Translations under genes and position numbers: made by a program
Shown here: one piece after another, positions 1 through 10,200 of the stretch
How the letters are laid out: each line of letters starts with the position of its first letter
Numbering within the stretch: the stretch's first letter is position 1
Source: Verrucomicrobiota bacterium
GTDB taxonomy: Bacteria; Verrucomicrobiota; Verrucomicrobiia; Limisphaerales; JAFGQR01
Direction of reading: 5' to 3'
DNA: 64,000 nucleotides
NCBI GenBank assembly: GCA_016935555.1
Contig: JAFGQR010000138.1
Coordinates: forward strand, 21,888 to 85,887
Notes under the pieces: model-generated
Told to the model about the DNA's origin: nothing
Seen by the model: the letters and a program-made list of their open reading frames with translations, nothing else
The model's database searches: none

Positions 1-812
1 CGACGGTCGGGGTAGCCGGGCCCGGCAAACGCGGCGGGCACGGGCGTGATGCCGGCGAAAAAGGCCGTGTCCGGCGGCACCTGCCGCCGGAAGGCGCGGC
101 TGGCGGATTCGAGGGTGGGGGCGAGGCGGTATTCGGCGTTGCCGCGGAACGGTTGAGGCTCGGGTTCGACCAGGCTGCCGTGGCGACTGGCCAGGAACGT
201 TTCGAGGTCGGCGCTGAATCCATAGAAGCGGCCGAAGGCGCCTGGCAACGGGGCCGGCAGCCACCGGCACAGGAATCGGCCGCGGAACACGTCCAGGCCC
301 AGCAGCCGCAGCAGGCGCGGGTGCAGACCGCCGGCGGGGGTGGGCTCGGTTCGTTGCCGGAGGCTGTCGAGCAGGCGGGCGTGATAATCTTCCGGGCCGG
401 GTCGGCGCAGCGCTTCGGGATGCATGAGGAGCACGACGGCGCGCAGGGGACGGGGGTTGTGGGCGAGGTAGTCGCGGAGCAGCAGCGCATGCGCCTCCAG
501 GTCGAGGTAGCTGAGGGTCGCGAGGTTGAGCACCCGCTCCCCGATCCGCGCGCCGAGCGCCGCGGCATCGACGCCGGTCAGGCACGACGAGTCGCCAAGC
601 AGCAGCACCGTTGCGTCCTGGCGGGTCGAGGCGGCTTCGACCTGGTGCAGGAGCAGCGTGCGATCGACGTCCAGCGTCGGGCGCGGCGCCGGCCACGTGC
701 CCAGCATGCGTCCCGCGTGCATGACAAGGGCGAAGGCGGCCACGATGATCAGCGTCGGGCCTGCCAGGCGGACGACGTCGCGCGCGCCGAATTCATACGT
801 GTGGCTGATCAT
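1..812 (-). CDS. SGNH/GDSL-like hydrolase, N-terminal part only (gene runs off the left edge); probable partner of the MBOAT acyltransferase just upstream
   Basis: Not in the ORF track because no stop lies in the window. Hand translation of the minus strand from ATG at 812 gives MISHTYEFGARDVVRLAGPTLIIVAAFALVMHAGRMLGTWPAPRPTLDVDRTLLLHQVEAASTRQDATVLLLGDSSCLTGVDAAALG... This is one hydrophobic helix followed by a VLLLGDSS block resembling SGNH block I. The frame stays open to position 1. It begins 57 nt downstream of the MBOAT stop on the same strand. The plus-strand ORF 153..884 is its antisense shadow. Confidence 0.6.
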   Translation of the reverse strand, partial: MISHTYEFGARDVVRLAGPTLIIVAAFALVMHAGRMLGTWPAPRPTLDVDRTLLLHQVEAASTRQDATVLLLGDSSCLTGVDAAALGARIGERVLNLATLSYLDLEAHALLLRDYLAHNPRPLRAVVLLMHPEALRRPGPEDYHARLLDSLRQRTEPTPAGGLHPRLLRLLGLDVFRGRFLCRWLPAPLPGAFGRFYGFSADLETFLASRHGSLVEPEPQPFRGNAEYRLAPTLESASRAFRRQVPPDTAFFAGITPVPAAFAGPGYPDR

Positions 813-868
813 CGGGGGGGGGCGGGGTTCGACCTCGGTCATTGGCTATGGGGCGGGGTTTCGGGGAT

Positions 869-2299
869 TCAGAACTGGAAGTAAAGAAACGGGGGTTGGT
901 CTTTGGTCCAGAACATGACGATGGCGAGCAGCAGGGCGGCCTGGAGGACGGCGCGTCGCCAGCGGGGCAGGCGCAGGGGCGCCAGGAGGCTTCCCTGCCG
1001 GTGCTGCCACAGTTCCATGAGCACCAGTGGCAGCGCAAAGGCGGTGACGTTCACAAGCGCGCTCCCCAGCCAGGGCGGCGCGGTCCAGTCCCCGAGCGAC
1101 CGGGTGAGGGCGGCGATCTGGTCGAGGGACCGGGCCCGGAAGAGCAGCCAGCCGTAGAGGACGAATCCGAACGTTGCAGCCCAGGACGCCACCCGCGTGG
1201 CGACGCGCGGGGGGCGCGCGGGCTTGGGGTTGGCGCGTGGCGGCAGGCGGCGGTTGCGGAAGGCGCGATGGGCGGCCAGGCCGGCGCTGTGCCAGAGGCC
1301 CCAGAGGACGAAGTTCCAGGCTGCGCCGTGCCAGAGGCCGCCCAGGAGCATGGTGATCACGAGATTCACGCACGTTCGGCCGGGGCCGCGGCGGTTGCCG
1401 CCGAGGCTGATGTAGAGGTAATCGCGCAGCCACGTCGAGAGGCTGATGTGCCAGCGCTGCCAGAACTCGCGCAGGTTGGTGGCGGTGTAGGGCAGGTTGA
1501 AGTTCACCATGAGATCAAAGCCCAGCATGGCGGCCGCGCCCCGCGCGATGTCCGAGTAGCCGGAGAAATCGCCGTAAATCTGGAGGGCGAACGCCAGCGT
1601 GCCCAGGATCACGGCCGGCGCGCCGCCAGGGTCTCCCTGGTAGGCCAGGTCCACCACCGGCGCGAGATTGTCGGCCACGACCACCTTCTTGAACATGCCC
1701 CACAACATCAGCCACAACCCCTCGTCCAGCCGGGCCCGGCCCAGGTGCAGGGGCCGCTCGAACTGGGGCAACAGATCGCGTCCGCGTTCGATGGGGCCGG
1801 CGACGAGCTGGGGGAAGAAGGCGACATAGGCCATGAAATTGAGAAGGTTGCGCGTGGGGGGCAGGGCGCCGCGATAGACATCGATCGCGTAGCCCATGGT
1901 CTGGAAAGTGTAAAACGAGATGCCGACCGGCAGCACGACGTTCAGTGCGGGCAGCGGCACGGACAGGCCGAGGCGGGCCAGGGCGGCTTCGGCGGAGCCG
2001 GCGAAGAAATTGAAGTATTTGAAGAAACCGAGGATGCCGAGGTTGCCGACGAGGCTTAGGGCGAGCCACCGTTTGCGCGGGCCGGGCTGGGGCGTGCGGG
2101 CCAGGGCCAGGCCGACGCCATAGTCGAGCGCGGTGGACAGGAGGATCAGTGCCAGGAAACGGGCGTCCCACCAGCCGTAGAACACGTAGCTGGCCGCGAC
2201 AATGAGCGCATTGCGCGTCCGCAGGTTCGCCCGGGCCAGCCAATAAAGGAGCAGGAACGCCGCGAAGAACAGCAGGAAGACATGGGAATTGAACAGCAT
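869..2299 (-). CDS. MBOAT family membrane-bound O-acyltransferase (AlgI/DltB-like)
   Basis: 476-aa ORF, polytopic. N-terminus [20 protein letters not shown] and the blocks [27 protein letters not shown] and [13 protein letters not shown] are characteristic of AlgI/DltB-type MBOAT proteins. Confidence 0.9.
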   Translation of the reverse strand: MLFNSHVFLLFFAAFLLLYWLARANLRTRNALIVAASYVFYGWWDARFLALILLSTALDYGVGLALARTPQPGPRKRWLALSLVGNLGILGFFKYFNFFAGSAEAALARLGLSVPLPALNVVLPVGISFYTFQTMGYAIDVYRGALPPTRNLLNFMAYVAFFPQLVAGPIERGRDLLPQFERPLHLGRARLDEGLWLMLWGMFKKVVVADNLAPVVDLAYQGDPGGAPAVILGTLAFALQIYGDFSGYSDIARGAAAMLGFDLMVNFNLPYTATNLREFWQRWHISLSTWLRDYLYISLGGNRRGPGRTCVNLVITMLLGGLWHGAAWNFVLWGLWHSAGLAAHRAFRNRRLPPRANPKPARPPRVATRVASWAATFGFVLYGWLLFRARSLDQIAALTRSLGDWTAPPWLGSALVNVTAFALPLVLMELWQHRQGSLLAPLRLPRWRRAVLQAALLLAIVMFWTKDQPPFLYFQF

Positions 2300-2416
2300 G
2301 CGATCAGCGCGCCACGGCTGGCGCCGCCGCGGGAGGGCGGCGACGCGGACGGCGGGTGCTCGTGCGAAGGCATTGACCCATGCGCATTTTGGGTTAATCT
2401 ACGTGCGGAACACTTG

Positions 2417-3112
2417 ATGAAGCCAGCGCAAACCGCGAATCGCAGCCTGCGGGTGCTGCTCCCACGCCGATCGGCGTTTACGCTGATCGAGCTGTTGGTG
2501 GTGGTGGCCATCATCGCCATCCTGGCGGGGCTGCTGTTGCCCGCATTGGCCAACGCGAAGGCGAAGGCCAAGGCGGCGCAGTGCCTGAACAACCTCAAGC
2601 AGCTCGGCCTGGCCACCGTCATGTACACCCAGGACAACGAGGGCAGAATCCAACTGGACGACCCGGACGGCGGCACCAACTCCTGGGCGGTGCTCCTCTA
2701 CACCCACGCCGGCCTGCGCTCCCTCAACACCTTTTGCTGTCCCAGCTACCGCCCGTCCGAATGGCTCAACTGGACCAATATCTACGGCGTCCGCATGGAC
2801 CCGCCCCTCGAGTGCCGTAGCGGCCCCGGCCGTTTCATCTTCCAAACCCAGTGCGCGGAGCGGCCGTCGGATTATGTGCACTTGGCCGACACCACCAGCC
2901 AGGCGCAGGGCGGCTGGACGGCGGTGCAGTACTACTTCTTCAAGGTCAATTCCACGGTCCGCAATGTCCACGCGCGCCACAACCGCCAGGCCAATGCCTG
3001 GTTTCTCGACGGCCACGCCGCAGCCTGCGCCCAGCCCGAACTGGAAGACTGCGGCATCACGGCCGAATACGGCCCCGATACGGCCCAGGGCTACTTCGGC
3101 GGAGGCGGTTGA
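2417..3112 (+). CDS. Prepilin-type N-terminal cleavage/methylation domain protein, DUF1559 / H-X9-DG type (pseudopilin-like)
   Basis: Internal ATG of ORF 2282..3112. The N-terminus [44 protein letters not shown] is a class III signal (FTLIELLVV). The C-terminus carries [16 protein letters not shown], an H-X9-DG motif. This family is expanded in Planctomycetota and Verrucomicrobiota. Confidence 0.85.
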   Translation: MKPAQTANRSLRVLLPRRSAFTLIELLVVVAIIAILAGLLLPALANAKAKAKAAQCLNNLKQLGLATVMYTQDNEGRIQLDDPDGGTNSWAVLLYTHAGLRSLNTFCCPSYRPSEWLNWTNIYGVRMDPPLECRSGPGRFIFQTQCAERPSDYVHLADTTSQAQGGWTAVQYYFFKVNSTVRNVHARHNRQANAWFLDGHAAACAQPELEDCGITAEYGPDTAQGYFGGGG

Positions 3113-3123
3113 TCCCGGCGCCC

Positions 3124-3870
3124 ATGAAACGTTCCCACGCGCTGTGGAGCTTGCTCGCCCTCGCCGCGCTGGCTGTTGCCGCCTGGCTCGGCTGGCGCGC
3201 GTCACCCGCCAGCAACGCCCTGCGCTCGCGCGAAATCGCCACGCGCGCCCTGGCCCGTCACCTCGCCCCCTCCGTCTCCACCTCCAGCGGCGCCCGGCGC
3301 GTCCTGGTGATCGGCAACCCGTTCACCCAGTGGCCCAACCTGCCCCCCGAAATGCGCGATACCGAGTCGGCCAGTTGGCGCGGCCTCGAACTCGGTTTCG
3401 GCCCGGGCGCGGCCCTCGTGGCCGGCTTCCCGCGCCTGAAGCCCGGCGCAAGGGAGAACCCGCGCTCGATTCCCATCGATCCCGTCACGACCACCCCTCT
3501 GAGCTACCTGGTCGCCCCGGACGCCTTCGACGAACTGGCCGACGCGCACGCGGACTGCGATCTGATTGTGAGTCTGATAGGATTGCCCGCCCAACTGGGC
3601 GAGGTGGCCTGCTGGCGCAAGCCCGGTCCGCCGGCATTTGCCCTGGTGCTGCCCGACCTGCGGATGGTGGGCGGGCGGCAGGCGTTGCGGGAGGCGATGC
3701 AACGGGGCAAGCTGCTGGCCTTCGTGCTGCCCCATCCCCAGGCGCCCCCGTCCGATGTGCCGCCACGCCGCGATTGGCAGGCCGAATTCGCCCGGCGTTA
3801 CGTGCTGGTGACCGCGGACAACGTGGCCGAGAGGATGCAGTCGCACCCGCACTTGTTCCCGGAGCTGTGA
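3124..3870 (+). CDS. Hypothetical protein with N-terminal signal/anchor (MKRSHALWSLLALAALAVAAWLGW)
   Basis: Internal ATG of ORF 2851..3870, 12 nt after the pseudopilin-like stop and on the same strand. Hydrophobic N-terminus. I recognise no family. Confidence 0.5.
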   Translation: MKRSHALWSLLALAALAVAAWLGWRASPASNALRSREIATRALARHLAPSVSTSSGARRVLVIGNPFTQWPNLPPEMRDTESASWRGLELGFGPGAALVAGFPRLKPGARENPRSIPIDPVTTTPLSYLVAPDAFDELADAHADCDLIVSLIGLPAQLGEVACWRKPGPPAFALVLPDLRMVGGRQALREAMQRGKLLAFVLPHPQAPPSDVPPRRDWQAEFARRYVLVTADNVAERMQSHPHLFPEL

Positions 3871-3987
3871 GCGTCCGCCATGCGCCGGCAGCGCCAGAAC
3901 GCCCGGCATCCCGGCCCCGCCCGGTCCTCCGCCCCTGCGAAGTTGGTTTGCGCGAAACCGGGAAGGAGCGCATGCTCCGGGCGCGTC

Positions 3988-5994
3988 ATGAGACTGTTAA
4001 AAGTGGCGGCGGCGGTGCTGAACCAGACGCCGCTCGATTGGAACGGCAATCGCCAGCGCATTTTGGGGGCGATCGCCCAGGCGCGCGCCCAGCAGGCGAG
4101 CGTCCTGTGCCTGCCGGAACTGTGCATCACCGGCTACGGGTGCGAGGACGCCTTTCAGTCGCCGAACACGATGCGGCAGGCATGGCGGGTGTTGGAGGAA
4201 CTGCTTCCGGCGACCCGGGGCCTGATCGTGTCGTTCGGCCTGCCGCTGCTGTATCGGCACGGATTGTTCAACTGCGCTGCCCTCGCCGTCGACGGCCGGA
4301 TCGCCGGGTTCGTCGCCAAGCGGTTCCTGGCCGGAGAAGGCATCCACTACGAGCCGCGCTGGTTCAAGGCCTGGCCAACGGGCGTGCGCGGCGAGTTGAC
4401 CGTTGACGGCCGCGCCTACCCCATCGGCGACCTGCACTTCGAGTGCGGCGGCGTCGGGATCGGGTTTGAGATTTGCGAGGACGCGTGGGTGGCGGCGCGG
4501 CCGGGGACGGCTCTGGCCATGAGGGGGGTGGACGTGATTTTGAATCCCAGCGCAAGCCACTTTGCCTTTGGGAAAATCGAGGTGCGCAAACGGTTCGTTC
4601 TCGAGGGATCCCGGGCGTTTTGCGCCAATTATGTGTACGCAAACCTGCTCGGCAACGAGGCCGGCCGCGCCATCTACGACGGCGGCGCGTTGATCGCCTC
4701 GGCCGGCAGGCTGATCGGCGCCGGCCCGCGGTTCGGCTTCTACGATTGGCACGTGACGAGCGCCGTGCTGGACCTCGACGCCACCCGCCTCGGCCGGGCG
4801 CGCCAGCCCGGCAGCCCACCGCCCGCGGAGGGCGCCGGCGCCGGACCGGTCCACGCCCCGTTCGCGTTTCCCGAAACCCCGTTCGCACCCCCGGCGCTCG
4901 AGGCTTCGCCGTGGGAAAGCAGCCGGCATTTGAAGGAGGAGGAATTCATGCGGGCCGAAGCCCTGGCGCTGTTCGACTACCTGCGCCGCAGCCGGTCGCG
5001 GGGCTTCGTGGTGTCGCTCAGCGGTGGCGCCGATTCTTCCGCCATCAGTTGCCTGGTGCATTTGATGGTGGCCCTGGGCACGCGCGACTTGGGCGCCGGA
5101 TTCGCCGCCAAGCTCGACTACATCCCCGGCTTGGACGGCCTCGGCGACGCCCGGGCGCTGACGGGCCGGCTGCTGACCACGGTCTATCAGGCGAGCGCAA
5201 ACAGCGGCGCGGTGACCCGGCAGGCGGCGCGCGCGGTGGCCGAAGCGGTGGGCTCGCGGCATTATGAATTCGATGTGGGCCCGCTGGTGCGCGGGTATGT
5301 GGAAACGGTCGAAGCCGCCCTGGGCGTCAAGCTGAACTGGCGCGAGCACGACGTCGCCCTTCAAAACATCCAGGCCCGCGTCCGCTCGCCCGGCGCCTGG
5401 ATGCTGGCCAATCTCAACGGGGCCCTCCTCCTGGCCACCAGCAACCGCTCCGAGGCGGCCGTGGGCTACGCGACCATGGACGGCGACACCAGCGGCGGCC
5501 TCAGCCCGCTGGCGGGAATCGACAAGGCGTGGCTGCGCCACTGGCTGCACTGGCTCGAAACCACCGGCCCCCTCGGGCTGCACCCCATCCCCGCCCTGGC
5601 CGCCGTCACCCGCCAGGCCCCCACCGCGGAACTGCGGCCGCCCGACCGCCACCAGACCGACGAGCACGACCTCATGCCCTACCCGTTGCTCGACGCGATC
5701 GAGCGCGCCGCCATCCGCGACAAGCAGGCCCCGCTCGAGGTGTTCCAGCGGATGCAAACCCAATTCCCCGAATACCCCGCCCCCCAACTCGCGTCCTGGG
5801 TCGAACGGTTCTTTCGTCTCTGGTGCCGCAACCAATGGAAGCGCGAACGCTACGCCCCTTCCTTCCACCTCGACGACGAAAACCTCGATCCCAAAACATG
5901 GTGTCGATGGCCGATTCTCTCCGGCGGCTTCGAGCACGAACTGGCCGAGCTGCGGGATCACGTTGCCGCCCTGGCCCGCGACCCGGTGTCATGA
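3988..5994 (+). CDS. nadE: Glutamine-dependent NAD+ synthetase (N-terminal CN-hydrolase/nitrilase domain + NAD synthetase domain)
   Basis: Starts at MRLLKVAAAVLNQTPLDWNGNRQRILGAIAQARAQQASVLCLPELCITGYGCED (glutaminase domain, FEICEDAW). The synthetase domain has the SGGADSS P-loop (VVSLSGGADSSAISC). The longer ORF start at 3880 adds an Arg/Pro-rich, non-conserved head. Confidence 0.9.
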   Translation: MRLLKVAAAVLNQTPLDWNGNRQRILGAIAQARAQQASVLCLPELCITGYGCEDAFQSPNTMRQAWRVLEELLPATRGLIVSFGLPLLYRHGLFNCAALAVDGRIAGFVAKRFLAGEGIHYEPRWFKAWPTGVRGELTVDGRAYPIGDLHFECGGVGIGFEICEDAWVAARPGTALAMRGVDVILNPSASHFAFGKIEVRKRFVLEGSRAFCANYVYANLLGNEAGRAIYDGGALIASAGRLIGAGPRFGFYDWHVTSAVLDLDATRLGRARQPGSPPPAEGAGAGPVHAPFAFPETPFAPPALEASPWESSRHLKEEEFMRAEALALFDYLRRSRSRGFVVSLSGGADSSAISCLVHLMVALGTRDLGAGFAAKLDYIPGLDGLGDARALTGRLLTTVYQASANSGAVTRQAARAVAEAVGSRHYEFDVGPLVRGYVETVEAALGVKLNWREHDVALQNIQARVRSPGAWMLANLNGALLLATSNRSEAAVGYATMDGDTSGGLSPLAGIDKAWLRHWLHWLETTGPLGLHPIPALAAVTRQAPTAELRPPDRHQTDEHDLMPYPLLDAIERAAIRDKQAPLEVFQRMQTQFPEYPAPQLASWVERFFRLWCRNQWKRERYAPSFHLDDENLDPKTWCRWPILSGGFEHELAELRDHVAALARDPVS

Positions 5995-6159
5995 ACCTTC
6001 ATGGCTTGAATCCCGCGCGATGCGGGACCGCTTCACGCCCCGTCGACGCTCGGGCGCCTGATCCGTCGGCGGTTCCTGGAAAGGGGAACCGTTCAAGGCA
6101 TGGACGCGCATCGAAGCGATGAACCTCCGCGGCGTGAATCCGGCGCGATGCCGAACCGC
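5991..6159. repeat. Two direct copies (5991-6031 and 6119-6159) of a roughly 41-nt hairpin-containing element in the convergent nadE/trmH-like spacer
   Basis: Copy 1 is ATGAACCTTCATGGCTTGAATCCCGCGCGATGCGGGACCGC. Copy 2 is ATGAACCTCCGCGGCGTGAATCCGGCGCGATGCCGAACCGC. They match at 34 of 41 positions by hand alignment. The internal hairpin is TCCCGC-gcgat-GCGGGA in copy 1 and TCCGGC-gcgat-GCCGAA in copy 2, with one compensatory C:G to G:C swap. Confidence 0.6.
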
Positions 6160-6185
6160 GCTCCGGGAGCGGGGCGCGCCTGAGG

Positions 6186-7001
6186 TCACACCCTGCCGCG
6201 CTGGCGGCTGGCCTCGTAGAGGAACACCGCGGCAGCGCTGACGACGTTGAGGGAATCGATGTGGATTGGCATGGGGATGGCCACGGCGGCGTCGCACGCG
6301 CCGAGGACGCGAGGGGACAGGCCGTGGCCTTCGCTGCCGAACACGAGACAGCAGTCGCCGGTCAGGTCGCAGTGGGTGATGGGGTGTTGTTCGGCGTGGG
6401 GGTGGGCGGCGATGCAGCGAATGCCGCGTCGTTTCAGCTCGCGCAGGCATCCTGCGAGGTGGGCGGTTTCGAGGATGGGGAGGTGGAAGATGGCGCCCAT
6501 GGAACTGCGCACGGCGCGGCGGAGGTAGGGGCTGCAGCAGGTTTCGCCGATGACGACCCCCTGGACACGGAAGGCGCCGCAGTTGCGGAGGAGCGCGCCG
6601 AGGTTTTCGGCGTTGGCCAGGGTGTCGGCGGCGACGAGCAGGCGTGGGGGCGGGCTGGCGGCGAGGATCTGGTCCAGGGAGGGCAGCAGGGGCACCCGGC
6701 CCAGGGCGAGCAGGCCCTGGTAGGACGAATAGCCCGTGAGTTGCTCGAGCACCGCCTTGTCCGCCACAAACACGTCAATCGTCTCCGGTCGCGCCTCAAG
6801 CAGGGGGCGCAGGTTGTCCAGCCACTTTGGGGGAAGCAACACGGATACCACGTCGAACCGGCTTTCCAGCAGGCGGCGCACGAGTTTCTCCCCCTCGGCC
6901 ACGAAGAGCTGCTGCTCACGGTGCGCCTGCTGGTCGCGCATCGTCCGGTAGGGCGCCAGCCGCGGATCGTCCAGGGAAGCCATCGCCTCCACCCGTATCA
7001 T
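6186..7001 (-). CDS. SpoU/TrmH family RNA 2'-O-methyltransferase
   Basis: C-terminal SPOUT motifs NLGALLRNCGAF, CCLVFGSEGHGLS and IPMPIHIDSLNVVSAAAVFLYE. Start chosen at MIRVEAMASLDDPRLAPYR (ATG 7001; the alternative is ATG 6983). The 348-aa version from 7232 adds a Pro/Arg-rich head that looks non-coding. Confidence 0.85.
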   Translation of the reverse strand: MIRVEAMASLDDPRLAPYRTMRDQQAHREQQLFVAEGEKLVRRLLESRFDVVSVLLPPKWLDNLRPLLEARPETIDVFVADKAVLEQLTGYSSYQGLLALGRVPLLPSLDQILAASPPPRLLVAADTLANAENLGALLRNCGAFRVQGVVIGETCCSPYLRRAVRSSMGAIFHLPILETAHLAGCLRELKRRGIRCIAAHPHAEQHPITHCDLTGDCCLVFGSEGHGLSPRVLGACDAAVAIPMPIHIDSLNVVSAAAVFLYEASRQRGRV

Positions 7002-7243
7002 AAGCCGCCCCCCGCCCCGCGCGCAGACGCGTCCACTCCGCGGGGCGGACCCGGTGTGCGCGGGGCCAGGTCCCGGCGGTCGGCTCGTGGATGGAGGGCG
7101 TGAGCGTTTCGCATTCGCGGTGCGGCTGTGGTTACCCCGGCCGCCGCAAGACGGCAAGCCCGATCGTCCCGGTCGCCCCGTGAAAATCCTTGTGAAGAAA
7201 CGACCGGATCGGATTACAGTAGGGGCGTTCACACCGGATCGCG

Positions 7244-10200
7244 ATGAAGTGGAACGTCATTGGCAGCGTGGCGCTGAGCGGCGGATTGGCCGTGATGGGC
7301 TGGTTTTGGGGCGGCTCCGCGGACCGCCCCGCGGGGGCGCGCCTTCCCCCGGGCTCTGCGCGCCGCCCGGCGGCATCCGCGGTGTCGCCGCGACCACCGC
7401 CGCCCGCGGCGACATCGCGGCCTTCAACGCCCGCCGCGGCGTCTCCGCGCATGTGGGGAGAGGCGCTGCCGGCGACGGGACCGCGTGTGGCGGATTGGCG
7501 GCAGCGCGATCCGTTCGGCGCCTTTGCGGATTGGCGGGTCCGGTTTGAAGGAACGCCTCCCCGCGCTCGGGCGGCTCTCGAGAGCGAAGGCCGGCGTCTG
7601 GCGCAGGCGCGGCTGCGGGCGTTGGCGGATTTGATTCAGGCCGATCCGGCGGAGGCCTTGCGCCGGTCGCTGCCCGGGGACGTCCGCGGCTCGTTGCCGG
7701 AAACCCTCCGGCCGCTGGTCGAGTTCCCGGTTCACACCCGCGCCGCCTACGAGGTTTACGGCGTCCTGCGGCTGGAAGGAAGTCCTGGGCCGGGGATGGT
7801 GCGGCTGGCCCGGGCCGGCGACCGCGAGTATCTCGTGTTTGCGTCTGGCGACGCCCTGGAGCATGGGACGCATCCGGACCGGCTCATCGAGGGCATCGCG
7901 GTGCCTGTCGCCGCCGCGAGCGCGCCGCCGGCCGTTCCCGGCGCGGCGCCGACGCATCTGCTCGCGCTCGATCCGCGGACCGTCTCGTGGGTGGACGCCG
8001 GGGACGATCCGCCCGTGGCGGCGTCTTCCCGGACCGAAGGCCGCAAGCGGTTCATGGTGTTTCGGGTGGATTTTCCCGATTACGCCGGCGAGGTGATGAC
8101 GACGAACCAGGCGTTGACACTGGTGAGCGTGCTGAGCGATTTCATGGCACAGATGTCGTATGGGCAGTTCCTGGTGGCGCCGGTGGGGGAGGGTTCGGTG
8201 ATCACGCCCACGATGCGTCTGCCGAATGCGGCCGACTCCTACCAGCACATGGGCGCGTTGCTGGACGCGTGTTGGGCGGCCGCCGGGGCGCTGGGCTTCG
8301 AGCGCTCGGGGTTCGATGACTGGTTTGTCTGCACGGCCGGCAAACCGGCCGCCGGGTTTGCGGGGTTGGCGTATGTGGGCAGCGAGGGGTTCTGGCTGGC
8401 CAACCGTTACTGGGATGTGCGGACCGCGGCGCACGAACTCGGCCACAACCTGAATCTCCACCATGCCAACTGGTGGAACACGGGCGGGCGCAGCATGCTG
8501 GGCGAGGGCACGGTCGAGGAATACGGCGATCCGTTTGACACCATGAGCAGCCTCGGCGGCGGAATCCGTCATTTCAGCGCCTACAACAAAAACCGAACCG
8601 ACTGGATTCCCGACTCCGATTGTCCGCGGATCAGCGGCAGCGGGCGGTATCGGCTTTACGCACACGACATGGGCGTGCCCTTCGGGGTTCGGGGCCTGTG
8701 GTTCGACCGTCCGTCCGGAGGCGATTATTGGCTCGAGTTTCGGCAGCTTTGGACGGCCAACAAGGCCCTCATGAACGGGGTCAGTCTCCGGTGGGCCGGC
8801 GGGAGCACCACCCTGCTCGATTTCACCCCCGGCTCCGCCGGCGGCAAGGACGACCACGCCATCACCATCGGCCGCACCTTCAGCGACACCAACGTCGCGT
8901 TGCACATCACGCCCATCGGCAAAGGGCATACCCATCCCGAATCCATCGACCTCATCGTCCACGTCGGCCCCTTCCCCGACAACCATCCCCCCGTGGCCGC
9001 CCTCAGCGCCTCCCTGCAGACCGCCAGCTCGGGCCAAACCCTCCGCTTCCTCGCCGACGCCACCGACCCCGACGGCGACGCCCTCGCGTATTCCTGGGAT
9101 TTTGGCGACGGGAACTACAGCACCGACAACAGCCCGTCCCCCACGCACGTCTTCACCGACGAGGGCGAATACGTCGTCCATTGCGCCGTCAGCGACATGA
9201 AAGGCGGCCTCGCGCGCGAGGCCCTCGTCGTCCGCATCGACGCCCCCCTCACCGCAACCATCCGCGGCCGTGTTCTCGGCACCAACGGCCTGCCCATGGC
9301 CGGCGCCAAGGTCTTCGTCGGCTCCTCCCGTTATGCGTTCACCGGAAGCGACGGCACCTACACGCTGTCCCGCCTGGAGCCGGGCACCTACACCGTCGTC
9401 GCCATCGAACCCGTCCACGGCGCTCACACCTTCCTCGCCCCCGTCCGGAACAATCCCATCACCGTGCCCCCCGACGTCACAGACGCCGATTTCATCGCGT
9501 TTCACGGTCCTCCTCCGACGCAGGCCCCCCTGGTGCGGAAGCAGGCGGTGTGGAAATACCTCGACCAGGGCTCGGTGCCTGGCATGGGCTGGAACGGGGT
9601 GGACTTCGACGACGCCGCGTGGGGCAGCGGTCCCAGTCCCCTGGGGTATCCCGGGAACGAGGTCAGCACCCTCCTCAGTTACGGGGCTGATCCCAGTCAC
9701 AAGCCCCTCGCCTATTACTTCCGCAAACGATTCACCGTCCCGTCCCCGGCCGCCTACACCAACCTGCTCCTCGAGGTTCGCCGCGACGACGGGGTCGTGC
9801 TTTACCTCAACGGCGTCGAAATCCTCCGGGACAACATGCCCGACGGCGCCGTCTCCCATGACACCCTCGCCTCCGACACCGTCTCGGGCGGGGAGGAGAC
9901 GTCCTACCAAACTGCGAGCGTCGACGCGGCGCTGCTGGGCCCGGGCGACAATGTGCTGGCCGCCGAAGTGCACCAGGCCGCGCCGGACAGCAGCGACCTC
10001 GCGTTCGACCTGGCGCTTTACGGCCAAAGCGCCACCAACCTCGCCCCCTTGAACCTTGTCTACGTGGCCTTCCCTGAAAACCGCCAGTCCCTGGTCACCC
10101 CGCTCAATCTCCCCCTCAACGCCATCGCCTCCAGTCTCGGCGATGCCGTCACACAGGTCAACTTCTACGCCGACGGCGCATGGCTGAGCAGCGACACCAA

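Noticed and set aside
153-884. 243-aa plus-strand ORF at the left edge
   Set aside because: It is the antisense shadow of the partial SGNH-like gene, which has a TM helix and GDSS motif on the minus strand. Its own translation is Ala/Gly/Arg/Gln-rich with no features.
3880-3987. Longer N-terminal extensions offered by the ORF track (nadE from 3880, methyltransferase from 7232, tolR from 18494, pal from 21176, rpoB from 31807, rpoC from 35390, cstA from 63976, giant gene 2 from 50318, and others)
   Set aside because: The extensions are Arg/Pro/Gly-rich, overlap upstream genes or tRNAs, and precede internal Met residues that align with the conserved N-termini of the respective families. The track also treats GTG and TTG as starts.
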